Origin: an uncultured Gemmatimonadales bacterium
Lineage (GTDB): Bacteria; Gemmatimonadota; Gemmatimonadetes; Gemmatimonadales; GWC2-71-9
Direction: 5' to 3'
NCBI GenBank assembly: GCA_963779755.1
Contig: CAVZZO010000001.1
Coordinates: 1,920,001-1,984,000, forward strand
DNA: 64,000 nt
The position numbers were made by a program, and so were the translations under genes. The notes beneath the pieces are model-generated. The model ran no database searches and was not told the origin of the DNA. It worked only from the letters and a program-made list of their open reading frames with translations. This document shows positions 12,175 through 22,269 of this stretch, piece after piece (within the stretch, counting starts at the first letter, position 1; each line of letters starts with the position of its first letter).

Positions 12175-12920
12175 TCGATCTGTCCGGCCGGATTGTGTTG
12201 GTGACCGGGGGGAACCGGGGCATCGGCCGTGCGACCGTGCTGCTGCTGGCGCGGGCCGGCGCCGACGTGGCGCTCACTTACCGCACCCGGGAAGCCGAGG
12301 CGCAGGGGGTGGCGGAGGAGGTGAGGGCGCTGGGCCGGCGCGCGCTGGTTGCGGGCGGCGACCTGGCCGAGGCCGGGGTCAATGACCGGATCTTCGGTGC
12401 CATCCACGACAGCTTCGGCCGGCTCGACGGCTTCGTCGCGAATGCGGGCATCTGGCCGGCGGACGAGGCGGCCCTGCGGGACATGTCCCCCGAGCGCTGG
12501 CGCCGGACGCTCGCCGCCAACCTCGATTCGGTCTACTACAGCACCCGCGGCGCGCTGCGCCTGATGCAAGGCGGGGCCGTGGTGCTGGTTTCCAGCACCG
12601 CGGGACAGCGGGGCGAGGCCTGGCACGGCGATTACGCGGCGAGCAAGGGCGCCATTATCTCGCTCACCAAATCGCTGGCGGTCGAGTGCGCGCCTGCGAT
12701 CACGGTGAATTCGGTGGCTCCCGGCTGGGTGGATACGGAGATGAGCGCCATTCCCTATGCCGGGGGCGGCAAGGAGCGGATCGCCGCGACCATTCCGCTG
12801 CACCGTGTGGCCAGCGCGGAGGATGTGGCCGGGCCCATCGTGTTTCTGCTCTCCGACCTGGCGCGCCACATTACGGGAGAAATCCTCAACGTGAATGGCG
12901 GCAGCGTTCTCTGTGGCTGA
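12171..12920 (+). CDS. SDR oxidoreductase (FabG-like)
   Basis: TGGNRGIG, NAG, YAASK, ITGEILNVNGG. Confidence 0.92.
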   Translation: MIDLSGRIVLVTGGNRGIGRATVLLLARAGADVALTYRTREAEAQGVAEEVRALGRRALVAGGDLAEAGVNDRIFGAIHDSFGRLDGFVANAGIWPADEAALRDMSPERWRRTLAANLDSVYYSTRGALRLMQGGAVVLVSSTAGQRGEAWHGDYAASKGAIISLTKSLAVECAPAITVNSVAPGWVDTEMSAIPYAGGGKERIAATIPLHRVASAEDVAGPIVFLLSDLARHITGEILNVNGGSVLCG

Positions 12921-14154
12921 TCTGGAGCCCGGTCGCGGCCGGCCGGGCGAAACGGCCGGCGTGCTCGACGTTCCCGACGAGGTTCTGGCCATCGCCCGCC
13001 GGCTGGAGGAGCACGGCCACGAGGCATGGTGCGTGGGCGGCGCGGTGAGGGACGCGCTGCTCGGCCTGGCCCACGCCGACTTCGACCTCGCTACCTCCGC
13101 CCGGCCGGAGGAGGTCCAGGCGCTCTTCCGGCGGACGGTGCCGGTCGGCATCCAGTTCGGCACGGTCGGCGTGCTGGACCGGCACGGCCGGCTGCACGAG
13201 GTCACCACCTTCCGCCGTGATGTCTCCACCGACGGCCGACGGGCGGTGGTCGCCTATGGCGTTTCGCTGGACCAGGACCTTGCCCGCCGCGACTTCACCA
13301 TCAACGCCATCGCCTATCACCCGCTGAAGCACGAGTGGCGCGACCTGTTCGAGGGTCGCGGCGATCTCGAGCGCGGGCTGGTCCGGGCGGTGGGCGTGCC
13401 GGGCGAGCGATTCCAGGAGGATTACCTGCGGATTCTCCGCTGTGTCCGTTTCGCCGCGCGATTCGACTTCGCGGTGGACCCGCCGACCTGGGAGGCGGCT
13501 CAGGCGGCCAGTCCCGGCCTGGGAGGCCTTTCCGCCGAGCGGGTGCGCGACGAGTGGTTCAAGAGCCTGGCCGGCGCGCAGCGGCTTCTCCGGTTCGTCA
13601 CGCTCTGGCGGGACGCCGGCGTGGCGCAGGTGTGGACTCCCGAGCTGCGGCCTGCCGGCGAGCTGGAGGCGATTCCCGCCCTTTCCCGGACGGCGCCGCC
13701 GCCCGGCGAGGCACGCGACGCGGTCCTGCTGACGGTGCTGCTCTGCCGGGATGCCGCCCGCCTGCTGGAACGGCTGCGGGCCTCGCGGGCGCAGATCGGC
13801 CGGGCCGAAGCCATGGAGCGGGGGCCGGTCGAGCCCGGCGGCAGCGGCGAGGTTGCTGTGCGGCGCTGGCTGGCCGCCACCGGCCCGGCGGCCGACGATC
13901 TCACCGCCCTGTGGACGCTGCGGCATGACGCGCCCGCCCCCTGGGAAGCACCGGTTCGGGCCATCCGGGCGCGGCGCGATCCCCTGGCCCGAGGCGACCT
14001 GGCGCTGAACGGGGCGGACCTCCTGGAGGCCGGCGTGCCGCAGGGGCCTGAACTGGGGCGCATGCTGGACTTTCTGCTCGACCGGGTGCTGGAGAATCCG
14101 GGGCTGAACCAGCGTGGCCGCCTGCTGGCGCTGGTGGCGGAGCGGCGGACATGA
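12913..14154 (+). CDS. cca: Class II CCA tRNA nucleotidyltransferase / poly(A) polymerase family; start uncertain
   Basis: VGGAVRD, DFD, RRDFTINA, EDYLR. Confidence 0.88.
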   Translation: MADLEPGRGRPGETAGVLDVPDEVLAIARRLEEHGHEAWCVGGAVRDALLGLAHADFDLATSARPEEVQALFRRTVPVGIQFGTVGVLDRHGRLHEVTTFRRDVSTDGRRAVVAYGVSLDQDLARRDFTINAIAYHPLKHEWRDLFEGRGDLERGLVRAVGVPGERFQEDYLRILRCVRFAARFDFAVDPPTWEAAQAASPGLGGLSAERVRDEWFKSLAGAQRLLRFVTLWRDAGVAQVWTPELRPAGELEAIPALSRTAPPPGEARDAVLLTVLLCRDAARLLERLRASRAQIGRAEAMERGPVEPGGSGEVAVRRWLAATGPAADDLTALWTLRHDAPAPWEAPVRAIRARRDPLARGDLALNGADLLEAGVPQGPELGRMLDFLLDRVLENPGLNQRGRLLALVAERRT

Positions 14155-14870
14155 CGCCATTCTGGTTTGCGCTGGCTGCCGCGGCCGGCAACCTGCTCGG
14201 CGCACTCGCCGTGGTCCGGCGTGAGCGGCGCAGCCTGCAGCTCATCGAGTTGTTCGTGGGATTCGGCGCCGGGTTCATGCTGGCGGTGGCCGTGCTCGAG
14301 GTACTGCCCGAGGCGTTCGCCGGCTCCAGCCATGCCGCCTACTACGTGCTGCTGGGCTACCTGGCGGTGCACCTGGCCCAGCACGTCTTCGTGCCGCATT
14401 TCCATTTTGGCGAGGAGACGCATGCGGTCACCCCGCACGCCGGCACCGGCGCGCTGATCGGGTTGTCGCTGCATACCTTCTTCGACGGCGTGGCCATCGC
14501 CAGCGGGTTCCTGGTGTCGCCTTCGCTGGGCATTCTGCTGTTCCTGGCGGTCCTGCTGCACAAGCTGCCCGAAGGCGTGGCCATCGCCAGCGTCATGGTG
14601 GCATCGGGGCAGGGGCGCCGTCGCGCGATTGGCGCCGGCGCGCTGCTGGGGTTCGCCACACTGCTGGGCGTCTTTGCCACCGAGGGTGCCTCGGTCCTCA
14701 CCCGGCACGGTCTGGCGCTGTCGGCCGGCGTCACCATCTATGTGGCCGCCTCGGACCTGGTACCTCAGATCCAGGGGAAACACGGCTGGCGCATGCCGGC
14801 GGCTTTCTTCAGCGGAGCCGCGGCGTTTTTTCTTACCCAGCTGCTGCTGACGGCGGCGGGAGTAGGGTGA
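14151..14870 (+). CDS. ZIP family metal transporter
   Basis: HFHFGEETH loop, LHTFFDG, LHKLPEG, multiple TM helices. Confidence 0.9.
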   Translation: MTPFWFALAAAAGNLLGALAVVRRERRSLQLIELFVGFGAGFMLAVAVLEVLPEAFAGSSHAAYYVLLGYLAVHLAQHVFVPHFHFGEETHAVTPHAGTGALIGLSLHTFFDGVAIASGFLVSPSLGILLFLAVLLHKLPEGVAIASVMVASGQGRRRAIGAGALLGFATLLGVFATEGASVLTRHGLALSAGVTIYVAASDLVPQIQGKHGWRMPAAFFSGAAAFFLTQLLLTAAGVG

Positions 14871-14923
14871 GGGGCGTGGAAGAGCTGAGGACTGACGACT
14901 GAAGCCGGGCACGCCAGGCTCAG

Positions 14924-15074
14924 TGTCACCCTGAGGGGCGCAGCGGCCGAAGGGGCCGACACCCGGGGAAGCTTCGGCCCCTTCGCTTCGCTCAGGGTGA
15001 CAATCGTATCCCGTCACGGGGCGCCAGGCTCGGTGTCACGCTGAGGGAGCGCAGCGACCGAAGGGGCCGACACC
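14924..15074. repeat. REP-like TGTCAC(C/G)CTGAG...CGAAGGG inverted and direct repeat cluster (3 arms)
   Basis: 14924-14962 pairs with 14973-15002 (cttcgcttcgctcagggtgaca); third direct copy at 15034-15074. Confidence 0.85.
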
Positions 15075-15090
15075 CTATTACGATTCAGGC

Positions 15091-16455
15091 ATGACCGCTC
15101 CCTCGCTGTTCTCCGCTCCCGAGCCTCTGGCCGCGCGGCTGCGCCCGCGCACCCTGGAGGAGTTCGTGGGGCAGGAGCACCTCCTGGGGCCGGGCCGCGC
15201 GCTGGGCGAGGCCATTCGCCGGGGCGATGTGGGGAGTCTCATCTTCTGGGGGCCGCCCGGCTCCGGCAAAACCACGCTGGCCCGGCTGGTTGCCCGGTAC
15301 ACGGACCGGGAGTTCGTGGCCTTCAGCGCGGTCACCGAGGGGGTGGCCCGGGTGCGGGAGATCATCCGGGAGGCCGAGCAGCGGCGCACGCTGGGGCGGG
15401 GAACCATTCTCTTCTGCGACGAAATCCACCGGTTCAACCGGGCGCAGCAGGATGCGTTTCTGCCGTTCGTGGAGAACGGCGTCATCACGCTGATCGGCGC
15501 CACCACGGAAAACCCCAGCTTCGAGCTGAACGCGGCTCTGCTCTCGCGTTGCCGGGTGTACGTGCTCCAGCCGCTGGGCGCCGGCGAGATCGTCACCCTG
15601 CTGCGCCGTGCCCTGGAGGATGCCGGCGAAGGTCTCGGGGCGTTGCGATTGCAGGCGGACGACGCGGTGCTGGAGTATCTGGCCGTGCAGGCCGATGGCG
15701 ATGCGCGCCGGGCGCTCAGCGTTCTGGAAGCGGCAGCCCAGCAACTCGGCGCCGGCGGCGAACTCACCCGCGATCTCGTGGCCGAGGTGCTGGCCCGGCG
15801 GTTACCGGCGTACGACAAAAGCGGCGAGGGACACTACAACCTCATCTCCGCGCTGCACAAGGCGGTGCGGGGCAGCGACCCGCAGGCGGCGCTCTACTGG
15901 CTGGCGCGGATGATCGACGGTGGCGAGGACCCGCTCTATATCGCCCGCCGGGTGGTACGCATGGCCGCCGAGGACATCGGCTTGGCCGATCCGCAGGCGC
16001 TCGCGCTCACCATCGCGGCGCGGGACACGTTCGAGTTCCTGGGCGCTCCCGAGGGCGAGCTGGCGCTGGCGCAGGCGGTGGTCTATCTGGCCACGGCGCC
16101 GAAATCGAACCGGGTATACGCCGCGTGGGACAAGGCGCTGCGAGCGGCCCGGGACACGCCCGCCGCTCCGGTGCCGCTGCACATCCGGAACGCGCCCACC
16201 GGCCTCATGAAGTCGCTAGGCTACGGCAAGGGCTATCGCTACGCGCACAGCGAGCCGGAAGGGTACGCGGCCCAGGAATACTTTCCGGACGAGGTCCGCG
16301 AGCGTCAGTATTATCAGCCGGGATCGTTCGGCTATGAAAAGAAGATCGGTGAGCGCCTGGAGTGGTGGCACCGGCTGAAAGCGCGGGCCGCGGCTGCGCC
16401 CGACGCCGGCGGCGATGCGGCCGGCGACCGGGACGAGCAGGAGGAAACGGAATGA
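15091..16455 (+). CDS. rarA: Replication-associated recombination protein A (MgsA)
   Basis: [45 protein letters not shown]. Confidence 0.95.
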   Translation: MTAPSLFSAPEPLAARLRPRTLEEFVGQEHLLGPGRALGEAIRRGDVGSLIFWGPPGSGKTTLARLVARYTDREFVAFSAVTEGVARVREIIREAEQRRTLGRGTILFCDEIHRFNRAQQDAFLPFVENGVITLIGATTENPSFELNAALLSRCRVYVLQPLGAGEIVTLLRRALEDAGEGLGALRLQADDAVLEYLAVQADGDARRALSVLEAAAQQLGAGGELTRDLVAEVLARRLPAYDKSGEGHYNLISALHKAVRGSDPQAALYWLARMIDGGEDPLYIARRVVRMAAEDIGLADPQALALTIAARDTFEFLGAPEGELALAQAVVYLATAPKSNRVYAAWDKALRAARDTPAAPVPLHIRNAPTGLMKSLGYGKGYRYAHSEPEGYAAQEYFPDEVRERQYYQPGSFGYEKKIGERLEWWHRLKARAAAAPDAGGDAAGDRDEQEETE

Positions 16456-16934
16456 AGCTGGCCGGAGTGCTGCTGAGCGGAGTCCTGGCCGGGTGTGCGG
16501 CAATCGGGATGACGAAGTTTCAGACGCCCGGCATCGTGGTGGATGCCGTGACGCTCCGGAGCGTGAGTACCTCGGGGGGGACGCTCGACGTCACGCTGAA
16601 CGTGGACAACCCCAATCGCTTCGATCTCAAGGGCGTCGGGCTCGACCTCGGACTGGATGTCGAGGGCGTGCACTTCGGGGACGCCCGGTACAGCGAGCAG
16701 TTCCAGTTGCCGAAGGAGCAGGTCACCGCGGTGACGGTGCCGGTGAGTTTCACCTGGGCGGGTGTCGGTACCGCGGCCCGGGCGATTCTCAGCCGGGGCG
16801 AGGTCGAGTACAGGGTGGACGGTACCACCCGGCTGCAGACGCCCTATGGCCGGGAACAGCTGCCTTTCACGCGCACGGGGACTCTGTCGCTTGGCCAGCC
16901 CGCCGGGAGCGGGCCGGCTCCGGGAAAGGACTGA
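16452..16934 (+). CDS. LEA type 2 (WHy domain) lipoprotein
   Basis: Lipobox [13 protein letters not shown] motif. Confidence 0.85.
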   Translation: MKLAGVLLSGVLAGCAAIGMTKFQTPGIVVDAVTLRSVSTSGGTLDVTLNVDNPNRFDLKGVGLDLGLDVEGVHFGDARYSEQFQLPKEQVTAVTVPVSFTWAGVGTAARAILSRGEVEYRVDGTTRLQTPYGREQLPFTRTGTLSLGQPAGSGPAPGKD

Positions 16935-16940
16935 GCAGGT

Positions 16941-18233
16941 ATTCGCAATCTGATTACGGTCGAACCACCGGTCGAGCGCGCCATCCTTGTGGCCGCGCCC
17001 CGGAAGGGCTCGCAGGACGCCGCAGAAATCGACGAACACCTGGCCGAGCTGGGACGGTTGGTCGATACCGCCGGCGCGGAGGTGGTGGGACGGCTCTCGC
17101 AGCAGATCGCCGCGCCCAATCCCGGATTGCTCATCGGGGAGGGCAAACTGGAGGAGCTGAAGGCGCTCGCGACCGGCGCGCGCGCCACCCTGGTGATCTT
17201 CGACGAGGAGCTGAGCCCGGTTCAGGGCGCCAATCTGGAGCGGGAGCTGGGGCTCCGCGTCATGGACCGGGCCGAGGTGATCCTCGACATCTTCTCCACC
17301 CGCGCCCGGACCCACGAAGCCAAACTGCAGGTCGAGCTGGCGCAGCTGGAATACCTGCTGCCCCGGCTGACCCGCATGTGGACCCACCTCTCGCGCATCC
17401 GCGGGGGCATCGGCCTGCGGGGCCCGGGCGAGACCCAGCTGGAAACCGACCGGCGGATCATCCGGCGGCGGATCCAGGCGCTGCGGGAGAAGCTGCGCGG
17501 GGTGGAGCGGCACCGCGAGACTCTGCGCGCCGGCCGGCAGGGTCTCCTGAGCGTCGCCCTGGTGGGCTACACCAACGCCGGCAAGTCCAGCGTGCTGCGC
17601 GGGCTCACCGGCGAGCGCGACATCTTCGTCGAAGACCGGCTCTTCGCCACCCTGGATACTCTCACCCGCGAGGTCGATCTGGGCGACGGCAGCCGGGTGC
17701 GGGTGAGCGATACCGTCGGTTTCATCCGGAAGTTGCCGCACCACCTGGTCGCCAGCTTCCGGGCGACGCTGGAGGAAGTCCGGCAGGCCGACCTGCTGTT
17801 GCATGTGGTGGATGCGAGCGACCCGCAGTGGGAGGAGCAGATGCGGGTGGTGGACGAGGTCCTGGCGGAGCTGGAGATTACCGACCGGACGATCGTTCCG
17901 GTCTTCAACAAGATCGATCGCGTGCCCCATCCGAAGGCCTTTGCCGAGCGGGCGCGCCGGCTCTATCCCGCCTCCGTCCTGACGAGCGCCACGCGGGAGG
18001 GCGGGCTCGACGACCTGCGCGCCCTGCTGCGCGAGCGGGAGCGCGCGTCGCGCCCGCCGGTGCGGGTACGCGTCCCGCTGGCCGACGGCGCCCGGCTGGC
18101 GGAGGTGTACCGCCTGGGCGAGGTGCTGAGCCGGGAACAGTCCAACGGGGTCTTCGAGCTGATAGTGCGTATGGATCCGGCGGAGGCGGAGCGTTTGCGC
18201 GGATCAGGTACCGACGTAAGGCGTGAGACGTAA
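16941..18233 (+). CDS. hflX: GTPase HflX; start probably non-canonical (ATT 16941 or CTG 16950), upstream of GTG 16989
   Basis: ERAILV, ILDIF, GPGETQLETDRR, GYTNAGKS, LFATLD, DTVGF, NKID. Confidence 0.93.
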   Translation: MRNLITVEPPVERAILVAAPRKGSQDAAEIDEHLAELGRLVDTAGAEVVGRLSQQIAAPNPGLLIGEGKLEELKALATGARATLVIFDEELSPVQGANLERELGLRVMDRAEVILDIFSTRARTHEAKLQVELAQLEYLLPRLTRMWTHLSRIRGGIGLRGPGETQLETDRRIIRRRIQALREKLRGVERHRETLRAGRQGLLSVALVGYTNAGKSSVLRGLTGERDIFVEDRLFATLDTLTREVDLGDGSRVRVSDTVGFIRKLPHHLVASFRATLEEVRQADLLLHVVDASDPQWEEQMRVVDEVLAELEITDRTIVPVFNKIDRVPHPKAFAERARRLYPASVLTSATREGGLDDLRALLRERERASRPPVRVRVPLADGARLAEVYRLGEVLSREQSNGVFELIVRMDPAEAERLRGSGTDVRRET

Positions 18234-18268
18234 GGAGTACCAGCCCGCCTCACGCCTTACGCCTCACG
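18215..18268. terminator. Heptamer-built inverted repeat between convergent hflX and aceA (bidirectional terminator-like)
   Basis: cgtaagg-cgtgaga-cgtaagg / cctcacg-ccttacg-cctcacg; no T-run. Confidence 0.6.
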
Positions 18269-18269
18269 A

Positions 18270-19400
18270 TCACTCCCCGTTCAATATCTGCTCCATCACC
18301 AGCCAGCGGTCCATGCCGGCGAACTTCTGGTGCATCCGGGTGCTGGGCGGCCCGTCCGGATGGGATTCTTCCTCGATCTGCAGATCGGCCAGCGCTTCCA
18401 GCCCCTGATTCAGGAACTTGCGCAACCCGCGCTCCAGCGCCTGCCCCGCCGTGCGGAAATTGAACAGCGTGGAGAACTGGAGGATGTAGCCCAGGTCGGC
18501 CAGTTGCTGATTGGTGATCAGGTGCCCCGCCTGCTTGGCCCGGCCAAAATAGAGGGAGGGCGACAGGTTGAATCCCAGCATCTGGGCAGGGTAGTGCTTC
18601 CGCACCCCCTCGGCGAACTCGGTGGGCTGCACCAGGTCGGTATTGTTGAATTCCGCCCAGATCACGTCCACGCCGAGGTCGGCGGCCTCCAGGGCATCGT
18701 CGATGGCCATGGAGACACCGCCCCGGTCGTGCCCGGGCACGGCGCCGTCCACCGAGTCGGTGCGGGCGATGATCACGACATCGATCCCGCTGGCCTGCGC
18801 GGCCGCCTTGATCGCCTTCAGTTTGGCAATCCACGCCTTGCGGGGGACCAGCACCTTGGCCCGCTTCTGGCCCTCCACCTTGACGATGTGCCCGCAGGTG
18901 CGCTCGGACGGGTCCTGGTTCTCGAGGTGCACGCCCCCGGCGCCGGCCCGGATGAGCTCGGTGGCCAGCGTGAAGGTCTGGCCCGGGCCGCCGAAGCCGG
19001 CTTCCATGTCCACGAAGAGGGGCGGCACCTGCAGCACCTCCTTGCCGCCGGTCTCGTAGAAGCGGGTGTGTCGGGCGCCTTCGATGCCACGCCACAGTTC
19101 GTGGACCAGGCGCACCATGTCATGGGAGCCATACACCCCGATATCCGGGTACATGCTCTTGGTGGCCGCCAGCTGCCACCCGCTGCCGTAGAGCGATGTG
19201 AACCCCAGGCGCGTCATGATGGCAGCGGTGAACGCATCGTAGGCGCCGACCGTATGGAGATAACTGCCCTGCTCGCGGGCCTGGTGCAGCAGGCGGCGCA
19301 GTTTGTCCGCGGGCCGCTCGCTCTCGGGGGGGGCGAACAGCCGCGACAGCTCCTGGGCGGGATAGTTCTCGCTCTTCCTCGGCGGTGTTGCCGTGGCCAT
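18270..19400 (-). CDS. aceA: Isocitrate lyase family protein (divergent catalytic loop)
   Basis: SGWQLAA, DMEAGFGG, TCGH, ARTD, NLSPS; start at ATG 19400 with GGAG upstream. Confidence 0.75.
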   Translation of the reverse strand: MATATPPRKSENYPAQELSRLFAPPESERPADKLRRLLHQAREQGSYLHTVGAYDAFTAAIMTRLGFTSLYGSGWQLAATKSMYPDIGVYGSHDMVRLVHELWRGIEGARHTRFYETGGKEVLQVPPLFVDMEAGFGGPGQTFTLATELIRAGAGGVHLENQDPSERTCGHIVKVEGQKRAKVLVPRKAWIAKLKAIKAAAQASGIDVVIIARTDSVDGAVPGHDRGGVSMAIDDALEAADLGVDVIWAEFNNTDLVQPTEFAEGVRKHYPAQMLGFNLSPSLYFGRAKQAGHLITNQQLADLGYILQFSTLFNFRTAGQALERGLRKFLNQGLEALADLQIEEESHPDGPPSTRMHQKFAGMDRWLVMEQILNGE

Positions 19401-19603
19401 CTGGGAGGCTCCTTTGGTCAGGGCACGAGTTCCCGGCCCTCGCGGGCGAGGCCTTCCGGGTTGTCTGTGTAAAATAACGGGTTTCGGCGTCTGTTCGGCC
19501 AGGGGCGCCGCCACCAGCAGGGGAGTTCAAGATGCGGGCCGCCGCCGGGGCGGCGATGTGGGCGGGCGCACGGCGGAGCGGTGGCCGCCCCACCGTCAGC
19601 GGC

Positions 19604-22219
19604 TCAGCGCTTGGATACGACGATGAGGGTGACTACGGTCGCCAGGACCTGGGCACCGGCCGAGAGAATAGTGGCGATACTAGTCCCCTGCTGCTCGGCG
19701 GCGGTGCGGCGCGGCACGTAGACCTGCCCGCCCGCGCCCAGGTGGGGTACATGGTCGGCCAGCAGCCAGCGGCGCTTGACCGCGTCCTTCTTGCCGTCGG
19801 GCTGGACCACGTAGGTGCGCTTGCGGTCGGCGTGCTCGGCATAGCCGCCCGCGCGACTGACGTACCAGTCGGCCGAGCGGCCGGGCTCCCAGGCAACCGG
19901 CCCGGGAGAGTTCACCTCGCCGTCCACAACCACGATGTTGCTGTACTCGGGGATGCTGATGCTGTCGCCATCGGCGAGGATCACGTTGTCTTTCGCGTCG
20001 GCATCCTTGAGCACGCGGGGCAGGTCGATGCCCACCCGTTCGCGCAGCACCATGGGGGCGGTGAGCACGCTGTCGGGTTTGCCGGTCATGGTGGCGGGTT
20101 TCGGCATGGTCGTGTCGCTGGTATCCTGCGCGACGCTGTCGCTGTCGGCCGCCGGATGCAGCAGGACGCCGGTCACCCGGTAGAATTCGATGCCGCCGGC
20201 GTAGGCCTGGTCGGTCAGGCCGCCGGCCCGCTCGACCAGGTCGCGCAGGCGCTCGGTCTTGCTGAGCAGGGCGTAGCGTCCCGGGTGGCGCACTTCGCCG
20301 GTGAGCGTCACCAGGCGGGGCAGGGCCCAGCCGGTCTGGCGGGTAATGAGCACATTGTCGTACGGCTGCAGCATCACCTCCGGCGCGCCGGACGCCCTGG
20401 TGGGAATGCCGGGAGGGCCGCCATAGCCCTCTGCCGTGCGCTCCACCAGGTAGGTGGAATCGAGCGGTGCCTCGATGGTGCGGGCCAGCGTGCCGGGCTT
20501 GCGGTCGTCCGGGACGCGGGCGATCTGCGCCTGCCGCAGGTCGGCGTCCTGGGTGACGCCGCCGGCCAGGAGCACGGCATCGCGGAGGGTCATGCCTTCG
20601 CGATAGGCCACCCGGCCCTGCTGGCGGACGGCACCCACCACCGACACGTAGCGCTCCGGCCGGAAGTTGCCCCGGCCGAAGACGGTGATCTCATCTTCCT
20701 GCTGCAGGACGATGTCCTGGGTGAGCGAGCCGGTCGAGTCGCGGAAGGCCGAGCGGAGCTGGACCCGGCTCGAGTCGGCGCGCACCCGGGAAACCAGGAT
20801 GCGATCGAGGTAGACGTCGGGCCGGGGGCCGCCGGCCAGGCGCAGCGCGTCGGAAAGCCGCATGCCCTCGCGGTAGCCGACCACGCCCGGGGTCCAGACG
20901 TCGCCCAGGACGGTGACATAGCTGCGCACGCGCGCCGGTACCTTGAAGACCACGATGGAATCGCCCGCCTCCATGGGCACGGCCGGCACCGCGCCGCCGG
21001 TGAACTGGTCGGGCCCGACGTCGATGACCACTCGGGTGCCCTGCGGCTCGCCCGCCCCGGAGGGCAGTATCCGGTGGATCTGCACCCGGCGCTGAATGGC
21101 TTCGGGGTCGAACCCCCCGGCATCGGCGATGGCGTCCCGGAGCGTTTCGCCCGTTTTCATCTCGTAGACGGCCGGGCGGATGACCGCGCCGGTGATCTTG
21201 ACCAGGGGGCCGTGCACCGGAACGAAGACCACATCGCCGGTCTGCAGACGCGCCTGGGTGCCGAGGTCGCCGTGCAGCAGGTAATCGTAGGCATCGACCG
21301 AGTCGACGATGGTCGAGCCGTGCCGCACCAGGATCCGCCGCAGGCTGCCCTGTTCCGTGGGGCCGGCGGCGGCATAGAGCGCGGTGAGGGGTGTGCCGGC
21401 GGCGGACACCTGGTAGGAGCCCGGCTGTATGACATCGCCGACGACATAGACCTGAATATTTCGCAGGGACGCGACGCTCACCTGGAAGTGGGTGGTGGCC
21501 GAGGCGCCGCGGCGGACCCCGGAATAGACCTTGCCCAGCCGCTGATACAGCAGATCGTTCAACTGCCCCAGCGTGAGGTTGGCCACATACACCGTTCCCA
21601 CCTGGGGAATGAAGACAAAACCTTCCCGGGTCACCTCCAGGGTGTAGGCGTTCTCCACGTCGCCCGAGAGGATGAGCACCAGCACGTCGCCCGGTCCCAG
21701 GCGGTAGTTCTCGTCCACCGGCCCGGTCTCCGGCGCCTGGAAGGCGCTGCTGACCCGCTGAAAGGCCTCGAGCCCGAATCGCTGCAGCCCTTTCTTGCGC
21801 CGCAGCGTATCGGCCGCCAGGGTATCGGCCCGGCGGCCGGCGAGGGAGTCGCGCAGCTGCTGCAGGGAGTCGGCGCCCTGCATGCTGACGATGCCCAGCG
21901 CGCCGATGGCGTCGAGCACGCCCTGGTTCGGCATGGGCGTCTGGGTGGTGTCGGCGCCCTGAAGGTAGGAATCGAGGAGATTCTCGGGATACCCCATGGC
22001 ACGGAGGCGCGCCCGTACCTGATCGGGCGTGAGTCCCGACTCGCCGATCCGCCGTCGCAGCTCCGACACGAGGCCGGGCTGGGTGCGGAGCAGCTGCTGC
22101 GCCTGGTCGGCCGTCGGCAACTGGGCGGATGCCCGCGCCGGGAGGAGCCAGACCAGAATGCAGAAGAGGAGAGCGGAGTGAAACGCGAGAACCCGGCTCC
22201 GCCGGGTATGTGATGGCAT
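19604..22219 (-). CDS. Polysaccharide export outer-membrane protein with multiple SLBB domains (Wza/KpsD-like)
   Basis: Signal peptide, YRLGPGD, repeated V.G.V..PG SLBB units, C-terminal amphipathic helix. Confidence 0.9.
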   Translation of the reverse strand: MPSHTRRSRVLAFHSALLFCILVWLLPARASAQLPTADQAQQLLRTQPGLVSELRRRIGESGLTPDQVRARLRAMGYPENLLDSYLQGADTTQTPMPNQGVLDAIGALGIVSMQGADSLQQLRDSLAGRRADTLAADTLRRKKGLQRFGLEAFQRVSSAFQAPETGPVDENYRLGPGDVLVLILSGDVENAYTLEVTREGFVFIPQVGTVYVANLTLGQLNDLLYQRLGKVYSGVRRGASATTHFQVSVASLRNIQVYVVGDVIQPGSYQVSAAGTPLTALYAAAGPTEQGSLRRILVRHGSTIVDSVDAYDYLLHGDLGTQARLQTGDVVFVPVHGPLVKITGAVIRPAVYEMKTGETLRDAIADAGGFDPEAIQRRVQIHRILPSGAGEPQGTRVVIDVGPDQFTGGAVPAVPMEAGDSIVVFKVPARVRSYVTVLGDVWTPGVVGYREGMRLSDALRLAGGPRPDVYLDRILVSRVRADSSRVQLRSAFRDSTGSLTQDIVLQQEDEITVFGRGNFRPERYVSVVGAVRQQGRVAYREGMTLRDAVLLAGGVTQDADLRQAQIARVPDDRKPGTLARTIEAPLDSTYLVERTAEGYGGPPGIPTRASGAPEVMLQPYDNVLITRQTGWALPRLVTLTGEVRHPGRYALLSKTERLRDLVERAGGLTDQAYAGGIEFYRVTGVLLHPAADSDSVAQDTSDTTMPKPATMTGKPDSVLTAPMVLRERVGIDLPRVLKDADAKDNVILADGDSISIPEYSNIVVVDGEVNSPGPVAWEPGRSADWYVSRAGGYAEHADRKRTYVVQPDGKKDAVKRRWLLADHVPHLGAGGQVYVPRRTAAEQQGTSIATILSAGAQVLATVVTLIVVSKR

Positions 22220-22269
22220 AGGCCTCCAAAGTGCGCGGGCCCTGCGGGCAAATCAAGGCCGCAAGCCGG

